In this document: in pieces, positions 52,730 through 64,000 of the stretch | Position numbering within the stretch: position 1 is the stretch's first letter | Layout of the letters: every line of letters starts with the position of its first letter | Source of the DNA: Chlorokybus atmophyticus | Lineage: Eukaryota > Plantae > Mesostigma and Chlorokybus algae | DNA: 64,000 nucleotides | Reading direction: 5' to 3' | Assembly: GCA_009103225.1 (NCBI GenBank) | Contig: RHPI01002973.1 | Coordinates: 1 to 64,000, forward strand | Notes under the pieces: model-generated | What the model was told of the DNA's origin: nothing | The model's database searches: none | Seen by the model: the letters and a program-made list of their open reading frames with translations, nothing else | Translations under genes and position numbers: made by a program

Positions 52730-54534
52730 GAGAGAGAGAGAGAGAGTGCAAACAGTGATTGCTGTGACAGTCGTCGACAGTCTGCGACTGACAATGCCAA
52801 CATTGACAGTCTGTGTGACTGCCAATGCGGTATGGATAGTTGAGACTGTGTAGTGGACAGCATAAAGTGGACATCTCTACGGATGTCAATGCCAGCACGT
52901 ACCTGTATACCAGGCCGTCCCTCATGTAGGCTTTGTAGTCACGCACTGTCCGCCGCGACTTGGTGTGGATGGCAATGTTCTCTTGTGTGCAGATGCGTCC
53001 AAACAAGGCGTCGTTCCCTACGTACTGAATGCTGCCTCGTCCAATCAATATGCCTTTCTCTTTGATGTGCTGAGAGTGTGCCAAGGTGGGATATGCTTCC
53101 ACAAGAGCCCATATCTCCTCTGCGTGTCTGATTGTAGCCACCTCATACCAGGTGGACCCGTTGGATTCTGTTTTACTGATTGCTGACAGTGCATTGACGA
53201 CTCTGTGGTGGAGCAGCAGGCCTGACCTCTGATCATCATGCATGACGCCAAAGAGTCGCACAAACCATCTCCTGACAGATCGCTTCATGAAGCTGATCTC
53301 GTATTCTTTACTGTTGGATGGGGTGTTGACATACAGCTTCACAGAGCGCTCAAAGGCGTAGCATCAGAACACATCATGGTGGCCATGTCGACGGATGTTG
53401 TCAAGCAGGTGGCAAGTTCCCGCAATGTGCTCCAGAATCTTCTTGTTAGTGCCAAAGCAGATCTCACTGTTTACCTTCCAGCATCTGAGCAATGCATTAG
53501 CGAGCTCCAGACGGCCGGAATCCCAACCCAAGCTGCGCGAGATGTCAAAGAACAAGAGAAATATTATGTGGAGGCACATGACGAGGTCTCTCCTTTCTTC
53601 GCTTAGCAGCTTGTGAAAAACGTAAGGCACAGCAAATTGCACAAAGAGCTGGTGCTCCTGCGCCTTCCACCATCCAAGGCGCCCGCTGAGGTCATGTGGC
53701 CAGCGGTTACCATGCCTCAACTCCCTGGGCCGTGCGTCTCTCATCACAGTTAGCCGACTGTCAATCTCAGCCTTGCTGACCTGCTCGTCGCCACCATCCA
53801 TTAGAGTGCAGGCTGTCAAGCTCTTGGCCAGTCCTTCGGCTAGCGTGTGCATGGTATCAAAGACCATGTCCTGGCATGGGTCAAACTTGTACATCCGCCA
53901 AAGCCTCCACAAAGGCGACAGCCCGTTGACGCCATATTTCTCGGCTTTCTCTTTCTTGCGATTGGGATATTCTGTGCTTTCAACTTCATCAAACAGCAGG
54001 TATGTGGCCTCTGCAGTTCTTTTGGCAAATAGGTGGCGACTGTGGTAGCGGCTGCTAGCGTAGTGGAAATCGCTCCTGTTGCTTTGAGTTTCTTCAACAA
54101 CATCGTTGCCAGTGCGGGGATCTTGAGTAACCTGTTGGGTAACAATCGAGTACCGGATATGAGTTGCCAGCAGGCAACAAGCCCTGCAACCGCATAAGCC
54201 GCCATTCTTGAATTGCCCCATCTCGCTTTGAGCGGGATTGTCACCGGCTATGTTCATGACAATGGCTCTGAGGAAAACCTTCTCACCTGCAAAACCCGTT
54301 GCATCAGGACGCACTGCTTTGTGGGCAGCGCGTGTGAAGCTATGCGCAGGACACAACCGCGACTGTCAACATGGACTGTCCCGTACATTAGACAGCTGCA
54401 CTGCAAACACAGTCGCTGGTGACAGTCTTCTCAACGCGCGATGGACTCATAAAAGGTGGCAACCAACGAAGTGCATAATTGTGACAGTCGTTTTTGCACA
54501 GCCCTCAATGGACTGTGCTTACTCTGCTCGATTC

Positions 54535-57318
54535 TGTTGAGAATATTCTTGTATCCGGTCAGCTTGCCCTGTGGATAAGAATAGCCGCGAGAAGATTCAG
54601 GCGCGAGAAGGTTCCAGTCGAGAAAGGTCCAGGCGAGGACTTCAGTCGAGAAGGTTCCAGGCGCGGAGTCGAGTCCGGAGTCTGGAGACTTCCAGGCGCT
54701 GTAGAAGAAACGTTGTAGCTCGGTGGTTACGTCATTGTATGGCGCGTGTCATAGCTTGTTGGAAAGCTCTTAAAAGTAGCTACGTGGTGCAACTTAGAGC
54801 GCAGGAATCGGTTGAGTGTAGAAGTCGTGGTGGCTTCTAGAGTAGACAGGTGCAGAACTGGCGGGTATAAAAGCCCGCGGTATGACTTTGTTGTAATCCT
54901 TAGAAAGCCTTTTGGATCAGCCTTGTGTGTATGCTCTGGTAGAGTGTGTGTACTTGTGCTTGCACCAACTCCATGCATGGTCAGTAGTGTCCGAATCTCA
55001 ACAGGTTATGGGCCCACACTACGCTGGTTTAGCAAGTGTCTAGAGGCGTGATAACGGCAGTAGGCTAGGCAAGGAGTTCTAGCTAAGTCTTGTGAGGTTG
55101 GGTGAGTCCTGGAAGATGGCAACCAACTACGACAAGGTGACCGTGGAGCCTTTGGACGTGGACAACTACAACACATGGAGCGTGCGCATGAAGATGTTGC
55201 TGGTACACAAAGACTTGTGGGAGTGGGTGGACCCGGAGGAGGCTGACCCTATGTCTACAAGGCAGAGTTCGGTGTTCAAACAGCAAAGTGGGAGAGCGCT
55301 TGCCCTGATCGGTCTCAACGTGAAGGATCATCACTTGGTGTTGGTGGATGGCTGCAAGACTGCACGAGAGGCTTGGGAGAAATTGGCATCGCACTTCAAG
55401 GCGAAGAATAGCGCGAGGAAGGTGCAGCTAAAGAGAGAGCTCGCTGGGTTGAAGAAGCAAGGCGCAGCGGAGCCTCTTACCAAGTATGTGTCGCGTGCAC
55501 GAGAGTTGCAGAAGGACCTTCAAGGCGTTGGCTATGAGGTGAAAGAGTCCGAGTTGGTGTGGCAAGTACTGTCCGGGTTGCCTGAAGACTATGACACGGT
55601 GATCACGGTCTTGGAGGGCTTGGAGGCAGAACCCACGGTGGACGAGGTGGTTCCAAGATTGCTGCAGGTGGAGTCGAGGCTAGCGAAGAAGCATGAGGAA
55701 GGCTCGGAGGCGACGGCTTTCTCAGCGACTTCAGGAAGAGGTACTGATCGTTTTCAGCATGGGTCTGGGCGTTTCAGTGGTGATGGTGGCGGTGGTAGTG
55801 GTGGTGGAGCGTCAAGGAGTGACAGGGTCTGCTACTATTGCGGGAAGAAGGGCCACATCAGGGTGCATTGCTCGATGAGAAAGCAGCACGAAGAGGAGCG
55901 TGGTGGAGAGAAGCATCATGCCATGACGGGACGTGTTCGAGAAACGCCTATTGCCTTTCATGCAACAACGGATGGTGAGGCAGCTGGGTGGGTGCTGGAC
56001 TCGGGTTGCACGAGGCATATGACGGGTGATCATGAGAAGTTGGCGAAGTACAAGGTCTTGGAGAAACCTATGAAGGTGAAGTTCGGCAAGACAGAGGTGT
56101 TCGCGGTTGGTGTAGGAGAAGCCAAAATCCTGTCCCAGGTTGGAGGAAGGACGAGGCAAGTGTTGTTGAGAGAGGTTTTGTATGTCCCAGGGCTAGAGGT
56201 TAGCCTATTCTCTGTGCGCATCGCGGCGAGAGTTGGTGCTGTGACAGTGTTTAGTGGGGACATAGGAAGGGTAGTGCTGCGTGGTGTCACAGAGTTGGTT
56301 GGCATCAACGTTGGAGGGCTCTACATCATTAAGGAGGTCAAGGGTGCGGAGATGCACAAGAAGACCAAGGTGGAGGTGTCCAAGTCAGCACCAATTGTGA
56401 AGAAGATGAAGAAGAAGGCCAAGGTCGAGCCTGTTGCTGAAAAGGGAGCGCGAGCTCAAGAGAAGGTGACCAAGAGCGTGTCACATGCGAGTGGTGGAGT
56501 GATTCCACGTGTGGAGGTTGCTGAGGGTTTCAAGAAGGTTGAAGATGCAGTTCCTGAGCTCGTGGGAGCTATAGAAGGCGTTGGCATCAGCAAGGACAAG
56601 AAGGAGAAGCATGGTGCTGGTGGTGTGCAGGACGTTGCCGAGAGTGAGCACGTGGGAGCACATGCAAATGACCATGAGAGTTTTAACAAGGGTGTGCAAG
56701 TAAAGAGCTTCAAGGAGACGCTCATGAGAGGTGCGGGAAGTGTTTTCAAGATGGTTGGAAGAGCAAAGGATGGCGTGGGAGTTCGTCGCGCATAAGTACG
56801 CAAGGAGTTGGCATCGAAGGTGTTAAAGGCCAAGCTGCCCGCGTGGGAGTGTTGAGAATATTCTTGTATCCGGTCAGCTTGCCCTGTGGATAAGAATAGC
56901 CGCGAGAAGATTCAGGCGCGAGAAGGTTCCAGTCGAGAAAGGTCCAGGCGAGGACTTCAGTCGAGAAGGTTCCAGGCGCGGAGTCGAGTCCGGAGTCTGG
57001 AGACTTCCAGGCGCTGTAGAAGAAACGTTGTAGCTCGGTGGTTACGTCATTGTATGGCGCGTGTCATAGCTTGTTGGAAAGCTCTTAAAAGTAGCTACGT
57101 GGTGCAACTTAGAGCGCAGGAATCGGTTGAGTGTAGAAGTCGTGGTGGCTTCTAGAGTAGACAGGTGCAGAACTGGCGGGTATAAAAGCCCGCGGTATGA
57201 CTTTGTTGTAATCCTTAGAAAGCCTTTTGGATCAGCCTTGTGTGTATGCTCTGGTAGAGTGTGTGTACTTGTGCTTGCACCAACTCCATGCATGGTCAGT
57301 AGTGTCCGAATCTCAACA
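54535..57318 (+). mobile_element. Young Gag+protease-only copia element (TR-GAG-like, LTR family B)
   Basis: 469-bp LTRs 54535-55003 and 56850-57318 appear identical; TSD GATTC; PBS GGTTATGGGCCCAC; PPT GCGTGGGAG. Confidence 0.95.
55116..56795 (+). CDS. gag: Gag-protease polyprotein with a K/E/V-rich tail; no INT, RT or RH
   Basis: DNYNTWSVRMK, CYYCGKKGHIRVHC, WVLDSGCTRHMT; uninterrupted ORF. Confidence 0.92.
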   Translation: MATNYDKVTVEPLDVDNYNTWSVRMKMLLVHKDLWEWVDPEEADPMSTRQSSVFKQQSGRALALIGLNVKDHHLVLVDGCKTAREAWEKLASHFKAKNSARKVQLKRELAGLKKQGAAEPLTKYVSRARELQKDLQGVGYEVKESELVWQVLSGLPEDYDTVITVLEGLEAEPTVDEVVPRLLQVESRLAKKHEEGSEATAFSATSGRGTDRFQHGSGRFSGDGGGGSGGGASRSDRVCYYCGKKGHIRVHCSMRKQHEEERGGEKHHAMTGRVRETPIAFHATTDGEAAGWVLDSGCTRHMTGDHEKLAKYKVLEKPMKVKFGKTEVFAVGVGEAKILSQVGGRTRQVLLREVLYVPGLEVSLFSVRIAARVGAVTVFSGDIGRVVLRGVTELVGINVGGLYIIKEVKGAEMHKKTKVEVSKSAPIVKKMKKKAKVEPVAEKGARAQEKVTKSVSHASGGVIPRVEVAEGFKKVEDAVPELVGAIEGVGISKDKKEKHGAGGVQDVAESEHVGAHANDHESFNKGVQVKSFKETLMRGAGSVFKMVGRAKDGVGVRRA

Positions 57319-60014
57319 GATTCATTACAATGGGTATTAAGTTGACAAACGATGTCGACAGTCACATTCATGACATAGCATTGCGCACGAGGTCTTGTGA
57401 ACGGATGTATCAAGCGTACCGGCCGATCGATGAGGGAGCTTAATGTCCACCCGGCTCGAGTCCAAACCGTAGTGCGTAGGGAAGCCCATGGCGTACAAAT
57501 CCTCCAACTCATCCAGCATGGGCTTCATAAGCGGGTTTAGACAGTCCTTGTCAGCGTCGAGTAGCTCGTCAACTGGGACAAACACCATGGGCATGATGGA
57601 AGAAGCCTGTGAGCTGACGCGCTTGCCTCCGTTGCGTACAACAACGTTGATGACAAGGCTGCTCCGCTTTGTAGTTAATGCGCAGCGGAAACCATCACTG
57701 TGCAGCATGAGCGCAATGTTGCGCGGGTCTCCAGTACACTGCTGCGCAGCCTCTTCATTGTCATAGGAGCATTCGCAATGCCATTTCTGATATCCATCCC
57801 TGTGCTGGGACATGTCAATGTCATTATTGTAGCGTCCACAATCGCATTTGTTTGGCAGAGGAATGGTCTTCGTGCAGTCCCAAAAAAAAGACAACTCTCT
57901 CCACTTGCTGCCATGCCAATCTTCCCATTGAGGCACTGGGGGCTGGTTGACTGGCACGTCGAGCCAGGTGTCTTTGTCTCGCCAAGCAGCAAGGTTGTCA
58001 TATGCAATAGAAGGTACTTGCAGCCACGGACCGAGCCCTGGACCACCTGTACACAAAGTCAATGCACTCCTTGCGCGTGCGCCCGCATTGGCCTCCGCAC
58101 GGCTGTTTCCACAAGCGCTTCACAAGCTTGTGGCGACTGTCATCTGCCTCATAGCTGTCCTCGCTGTCATAAACCCGGATGGGTAAGCATCTGGAAAGAG
58201 ATAACTGCATCTCGTGCATGCTGTATATCTCTGCGACTCTGGCATTCCGATGGAAGTAAGCAATGCATCGACAGCCGTGATGTCAGCCGGCTTGGAGGGG
58301 TTGCGCTGGCCGAGCAAGGCGTGGAGGTCATTTCGCAGCTGACTGTGGTCATAAGTAGGATCCTTGGCAAGCTGAACGACTGAATCCTCAGCAATAAAAA
58401 CAATCTTCAGCACCTTATTGATCATTGATTGCTGAGCATGAGAGTCCTCCAAGTCTGTCAGCAGTGACATGAACTTATCCAGAATCTTTTGCGTAGGTGT
58501 CTCTGAGGTTTGTTGTTGGCAAGAAATGCCTGGTTGAGGGGTATCGCATTTTGCTGAAGGCATTGGCGGTGGGTGCATACTTTTTTGCGCCGCCGTGTCC
58601 AGTCGCATGTGGGCCATGGCAGTCTCCAAGTCAATCAACTGCCAAAAGAAACGGGCAGTCAACAACTGAAGTATGGTTCACAACGTTGTGCGCATAGCAG
58701 TGGGCGAACATGACAGTCGCATGGACAGCCTCAGTGCATGTCCAACAACCGTGCGCGCTATGAGTGAGCATGAGCAACATGATTAGTGCTCACCTTGCCA
58801 TGGCACCTCAGGCAAGAGCAAATTCTCTGGGAGACTTCTTGCTGCTCGGGTTCTTCAACAGCCTCTTCGTCACTAGTCAGCGCATGCAAATTGTCAGTTG
58901 GCATGTCAACAGTCTCTTGCACGCCTGATTGTTGCCATGGTTGCTGAGAGGGGGCAGCACTGCTGGTGCCAGCCATGTTGACAGTCGGCTGTGGATCAGA
59001 CTGTCGATTGAATTGCAGCGGAGCTGTTGCGGCACTGCTGGTGCTGGCAACATCGACAGTCGGCTGTTGCCTTGGGTGAAGTGTGGCTGCCACTCCATTG
59101 GTAGTGATGCCGGCCACATGGACAGTCGGCTGTTGATTTGCGGGAGGCCTACAGAAATCCAGCAGTTAGACCATATGCGCTGGCACCATCAACTGACAGC
59201 AATACACAGCAAGGCAGCTAGTGCACGTGCAGTTCGTTGACAGTCTCCTACCATGTGAAGGACATATTACTGGTGAAGGCTGTCACAGCAACGATAGCTG
59301 GTGGCATGCACAGAAGACCGCGTGACCATTGCAGAGAAGCAAGTAAGGTCAGCAAGTTAACTTACCGCTCATGCTGCTGGCTGATCTCACCATCCAGCTG
59401 GTCGTGCGTGGCCTCAACTTCATGGGCAGGCTGTGGGTTGTCAACATCGTGCTGCACATCAGCCGCCTGCTCCGGCATGGGTAGGGAACTCTGTTGGCTG
59501 CGACGGCGGTGCCTACGACTGGTGTTCCTCTTATCGGCTGGTTGCAAGTTGATTCCCAGCTTGGTACTAATGTCCCTGGCAAACTTGACAGCTTTTTTGC
59601 TTGCCATTGATATTGCGCCAGCATTCCGCCACCAAGTACACCGCCAAGAGGCCGCCGCCGCCGCCACCAACAAGAGCGCCGCCGCCTGCTCCCTCCGCCG
59701 GCGCCACCTCACTGAGCGGTAAAACCCTACTGCACAGACCACGGTACTTTAAGCCCATGCACGTGAGTTGACAGTCGCACCATGCAAGGTGCTTGACTCT
59801 ATGGAGTAACTGCACACCGTTCGATAAGCTTGGATCGACGGTTACTAGAGGCTGCCATGAAGACTTACCCTTGACAGTCGCATCATGCATGGTGCGACTG
59901 TCAAGGAGCTGCGCGTGCATCAGCGATGGTCCCAATCACTGTTCTGCGGACCAACCTAAAACCACGCATAGTCCGTACTCTCCCACACCTTCGGATCATG
60001 AAGAGCTTGGTTAA

Positions 60015-60577
60015 GTCAAGGACCATATACGGTCTGCAAGTATACGACAATTTGGACCAATAGCTGCCTGGTTAGCTTAAGGACCATGAATGGCCCACAA
60101 CTTGTTAGATTTTGGACCAGTAGGAGCTTGTTAAGGCGGCAGACCATGTATGGTGCGTGCTGCTTGTCTAAAATGACCGATAAGCTGAGCGTGCACCAGC
60201 AACGGTCCGCCCAATCAGTGTGGTTCGGACCAGTCCCATCGATATCATTCACCGCAACACATACGGTCCGGCATTGTTGTGGTCCAGACCACGCATGGTC
60301 CGTACACCCATTGACAGTCGCATCGGCAATATGCCTGGTCCGGCTGCAGACCGTGTATGGTCCAGTCTTTCGCGGCCAGTAGGACCGGTAATATGTCTGG
60401 TCCAGCCACGCACTACATCTGGTGCGTGACTGCGCACCAGGATTCGGGACCCCGAACGGACCATGCATGGTCCGTCCCCCGCGGACCAGGCAGTCCTGGC
60501 CCGCGGGATACGGACCATGCATGGTCCTGGGGGTCCGTGAAAGGACCATACCTGGTCCTTGAGCGTCAATCCGTGTG
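60015..60577. repeat. CACTA-type subterminal repeat field with a putative element end
   Basis: Many GGACCA/TGGTCC half-sites and GGACCATGCATGGTCC palindromes; ends ...caatccgtgtg (reverse complement CACACGGATTG). Confidence 0.75.
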
Positions 60578-60889
60578 AATGGCATGCATCAGCACAAGCA
60601 TACACACGCTTTACACATCAAATGTGCATATGTTTGTCCTGCTATAATAGGAACGCCTATATATATGCACATCGCTGATTGCTACCATGCAACACCCTTG
60701 CGCGTTACATGCCGTGCATGTCATGCCATGCTATTGCCTAAATGCGTGTCCAGTTCATGTCCATAACAATAGAGGCGCTGCCTATGCAATTGCATCAACT
60801 TCTGGCGCACGTTTGTGAATGAATGCCATGCAACATGCAAGTTAACCTGTAAACTTGTTTGTCAGGTCCAGTTATGCAATTGGGAGCTT

Positions 60890-61231
60890 TCAACTCGTGG
60901 AATTGTTCAGCAGGCACCCATTGCGATTGCAGCTACTGTACAAACCGGTGTGTATGTGGCAGTCTCCGTGCATGAGAACACTCCCTCGCCTCCCGATGCG
61001 CCTCTTCCTACTCGCACTATCATTAACTCGGGCACCTATGGCGCTGCTGGCCTGCGCATTGTGATCGAGTGCGACAACAATATTGCTGCACGCTGGAGTG
61101 TGTTTACTGGCTCCCAAGTCCCTGCACCTGGTGCAACGCCCGGTACCAGTCTCACACCAACTTGTAATGGAGTTTTTCCTACTCGCGACCCTCCTAGTGA
61201 ACCTGGTGACTCAAGTGACTCGTCGCAATGA
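60890..61231 (+). CDS. Possible terminal exon of an unknown protein
   Basis: Protein-like ORF (beta-rich then P/S/T-rich); no family recognised. Confidence 0.35.
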   Translation, partial: STRGIVQQAPIAIAATVQTGVYVAVSVHENTPSPPDAPLPTRTIINSGTYGAAGLRIVIECDNNIAARWSVFTGSQVPAPGATPGTSLTPTCNGVFPTRDPPSEPGDSSDSSQ

Positions 61232-61344
61232 CCATTGGTCTACACAGACTTTGTTTGCCCTGTACACTCTGGTCATCGCTGAGCTGCTCTGCTAGTAATT
61301 CTCCAAATGTGGCTGTTGCTTGTGCAGTTACTGATAACAGTGGA

Positions 61345-62347
61345 GTGTGTGCCTTTGCAGCAAAGAGAGTACTACGCTATGTTCCTGGGAGCGCAACAGT
61401 TGGCATCAAGTTTGGGAGCGGGAGCACTGAGTTGGAGGGCTACTGCGACTCGGACTTTGCTGGTGACCTCAACAGCAGGAGGTCCTCTACAGGCTACGTC
61501 TTCAAGCTGAATGGAGGCGTGGTGAGCTGGAACAGCAAGCTGCAGTCAACAACAGCAGCATCTACATCAAAGGCTGAGTACATGGCAGCGGCAGCAGCAG
61601 TAAAGGAGGCACTTTGGCTTCGCAAGCTCATGCAATAACTGGAGCACCCCATGGCGTGCATCGTCATCAACTGTGACAGCCAAGGAGCCATCAAGTTGTT
61701 GAAGCACCCTATCGCCTCGGCAAGGACAAAGCACATTGATGTCATGCATCACTTTGTGCGTGACAGAATCACACGGAGAGAGGTGGAGTTTCAGTACTGT
61801 AACACTGAAGACATGCTGGCGGACTTCATGACAAAGCCATTGACATTGCTCAAGTTTAAGACTTGTTGCGCAGGACTTGGCATCTGTGTTTAACAATAAA
61901 AGCAAGCGTTGAAGGTCAAGCTACTCGCATGGGAGTGTAGAGAGTCATATCTACATACGATCAGCATCGACCCTCCACACAGGAGTAGAAGGTCGTAAGG
62001 ATGAGCACTAGGTCCGGACTTAGCAAGATGGTGTCGTCGCACTAGACTCCAAACTCCAGACTAGAGCCTTACTAACTGCTTCGTATCTCAGCGTATACTT
62101 ACTCATATTAGGCGTGTAAGAGCTTGTTGGAAAAAAAGACAACGCAGCTTAGAGCGCGTAAAAAGGCTGAGTATAGCTTACGCAGTGCTTGCAAACGTAG
62201 ACGTTTGTGTAACTGGCTGGTATAAGAACCAGCGGACAACTTGTAATCAATGAATGTGATGTGACTTGTGTATGCTCTGCTGGCGGTAGCTCTGTCTCTG
62301 TGTGTCTATGCTTGCCTCAACTACATGTGCATGCTAGTTCTTCAACA
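61345..62347 (+). mobile_element. Copia family A RNaseH fragment plus complete 3' LTR (61936-62347)
   Basis: GYCDSDFAGD, RTKHIDVMHHFVR; nearly identical to 19939-20490. Confidence 0.93.
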
Positions 62348-63189
62348 TAGGGGAGCTCGCTGTACTGATCAGATTCATTTTGCCTTGAGACACGACCAGA
62401 TCACAATCACACAGCGAGTTGTGAGGGAGCACTAGCATATACCCGCACATTGCACAAGCTGGAGACGGGCATTACTCCTGTACACAAGCATGCATATTCG
62501 TATGCACTGTGTTGAGGGTGCCTGGGAGAATCCACAGTGGCCCCTTTTTTATCAGGGGCCCGCGATAGGTGTTCATTAGGATCTCGAGTATCAGATGAGG
62601 GCAGGCCACCCAATGCATGTTCCCACGTACGCGAGGGGGGAGAGGTGGCCCCCCCTACTCAAGTTGTACAAGACGAGGTGTCTTGCGCGCACGACACCAC
62701 CATTGGATTTCAGCGCCAACCCAGATCATGGGCTCACCGCAAAAGTTGTTCCAACCTCCTGGATTGTACCGGAGTGGCACCTTCTTCCCACACCTACGGA
62801 GAGGGGTCCAGTATTGAGGAGCAGCATGCTCACTGCCTTTATACTCGGGGCGCTGGTTCATGCTGATAGGGATAACCTGACATCGGGGTTGCACCATCCC
62901 CATGCTGGCAATCAAGCCGCCGCTCGCGCCCACGCCAACCGCAGCCTCGGCTCTGCTCGGCCATGTGTAACGCTTGGGCCACGCCAGGGCATTGCTCTCG
63001 TCCGCCGCCGCCATCGTGGGCAGGCTAACTCGCATGCACAAGGCAAAGGCGTAGAGTCCAAGGCATTGATTACTGCTGGACGACCGAGATGACAAGGCCA
63101 TCACCTCAATACACCGGAGAATATGAGTCGAATCTTGTTATAAGCATCGGTCATCAAGCACCAGCTTATACGACAGTCATAGGCACAAC

Positions 63190-63480
63190 ATTCCCAATTG
63201 GTGCACTTAGCTTTGGGTCAACGTAGTCCCAGAACTCCTTGTATATCAGCTTCATCTTCATCTCGAAGCTCCAGCTAGCGTGACTGTTCTCTCCCAGGGG
63301 CTTGATGGTATACTTCTCCTTCTCTGCATCCGTTGTAGTTGCCATTGGATTCTCCAAGCCGCTCAACCTTCAGCAAACAGCCATAGCATGGGTGTGGGCC
63401 CATAACCTGTAGATTGGAGCTATTGCATGCAACCATGCACAGTATACAACAGACACACGCAATGGTTGAGCTTGTACTGC
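63190..63480 (-). mobile_element. Copia family C gag start, PBS and LTR end
   Basis: SWSFEMKMKLIYKEFWDYVD; GGTTATGGGCCCAC. Confidence 0.85.
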
Positions 63481-63589
63481 GTATGTTACGATAGCCCTCA
63501 GAAAAGGGCTTGAATAACAATAAATCCTAAGAAAACCTCAACATGCAAGCGCCTTTCGCTTACATGGCCTACTGAAAATGAATGAAAAT

Positions 63590-64000
63590 GAAGTCTGAAG
63601 TTGCTGGAGCTGTGCTTACGGTCGTGGCATTGCTAGAGACACAAGGTGGCAAGAAGGTGAAAGCAATGCGGAGTGATCGAGGAGGGGAATACATCAACAA
63701 CGAGTTGAAGGAGTACTTCGCCAGCAAAGGCATACGCCACGAGACAACGGCACCCTACACCCCGCAGCAGAATGGAGCTGCTGAGCGTCTGAACCGGACC
63801 CTGATGGAGCGAGTACGAGCCATGCTCAACGACAATCAGCTGGAAGACAGTTTGTGGAGTGAAGCTGTCCTTACCGCCAACTATATATGCAATCGGTCAC
63901 CTGTGAATTCTGAGCAGAAGACACCGTGGGAGCTCTTCTATGGCACTGCACCAGATGTGAGTGGTATGCGTGTGTTCGGGTGCATAGCATATGCACTGGT
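63590..64000 (+). mobile_element. Copia integrase core fragment
   Basis: RSDRGGEY, PQQNGAAERLNRTLME; similar to 47130-47530. Confidence 0.9.

Larger units (their letters stand above)
51888..59680 (-). pseudogene. CACTA/EnSpm TnpD-like (Transposase_21-type) DDE transposase; multi-exon, with stop/frameshift
   Basis: CSCLRC, DWHGSKW, DPRNIALMLHSDGF, LMKPMLDELEDL, GDNPA...CRAC, DTMHTLAEG, WKAQEHQLF, DVF*CYAFER. Confidence 0.88.

Noticed and set aside
18960-53370. Alternative genetic code (TAA/TAG = Gln), suggested by stops at Gln-like positions (25424, 48383, ~50937, ~18966)
   Set aside because: GAPDH ends at TAA and MAD1 at TAG at their conserved C-termini. The stops lie in decayed TE genes along with TGG->TAG/TGA changes, i.e. 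ordinary transitions
62350-63110. Possible degenerate LINE RT fragment
   Set aside because: Only vague similarity, with many stops and no YADD-type motif

Overview
Eukaryotic nuclear DNA, most likely a green alga (intron-rich, standard genetic code, TGTAA shortly after the MAD1 stop, Chlorophyta-like TE types). The window has two assembly gaps (23357-23802, 52466-52729). The first ~15 kb holds host genes: a 10-exon GAPDH (2856-4920, +), MAD1 (to 10506, +) and an uncharacterised gene (13479-14582, -). A diverged copy of the MAD1 5' region follows and is fused to a truncated Ty3/gypsy element. From ~16.6 kb to the end the window is a nested transposon pile. It includes copia elements from at least four LTR families, a Met-primed gypsy, two gypsy copies whose integrase ends in a PHD finger, a very young Gag+protease-only copia with identical LTRs, a tandem array of a tiny TRIM, and remnants of a large CACTA/EnSpm-like DNA transposon (TnpD-like transposase, Transposase_23/TnpA-like gene, subterminal palindromes). 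The CACTA-like segments sit beside a SET-domain gene and two unknown genes. The two most unusual signals are these. (1) The TRIM has tRNA-type Pol III A and B boxes straddling its LTR-PBS junction. (2) A pseudo-palindromic (TT)GACWGTC motif is strongly enriched only in the CACTA-like/SET segments, which suggests a motif-guided, TE-encoded chromatin system. All assignments come from reading motifs by eye; no database searches were run.
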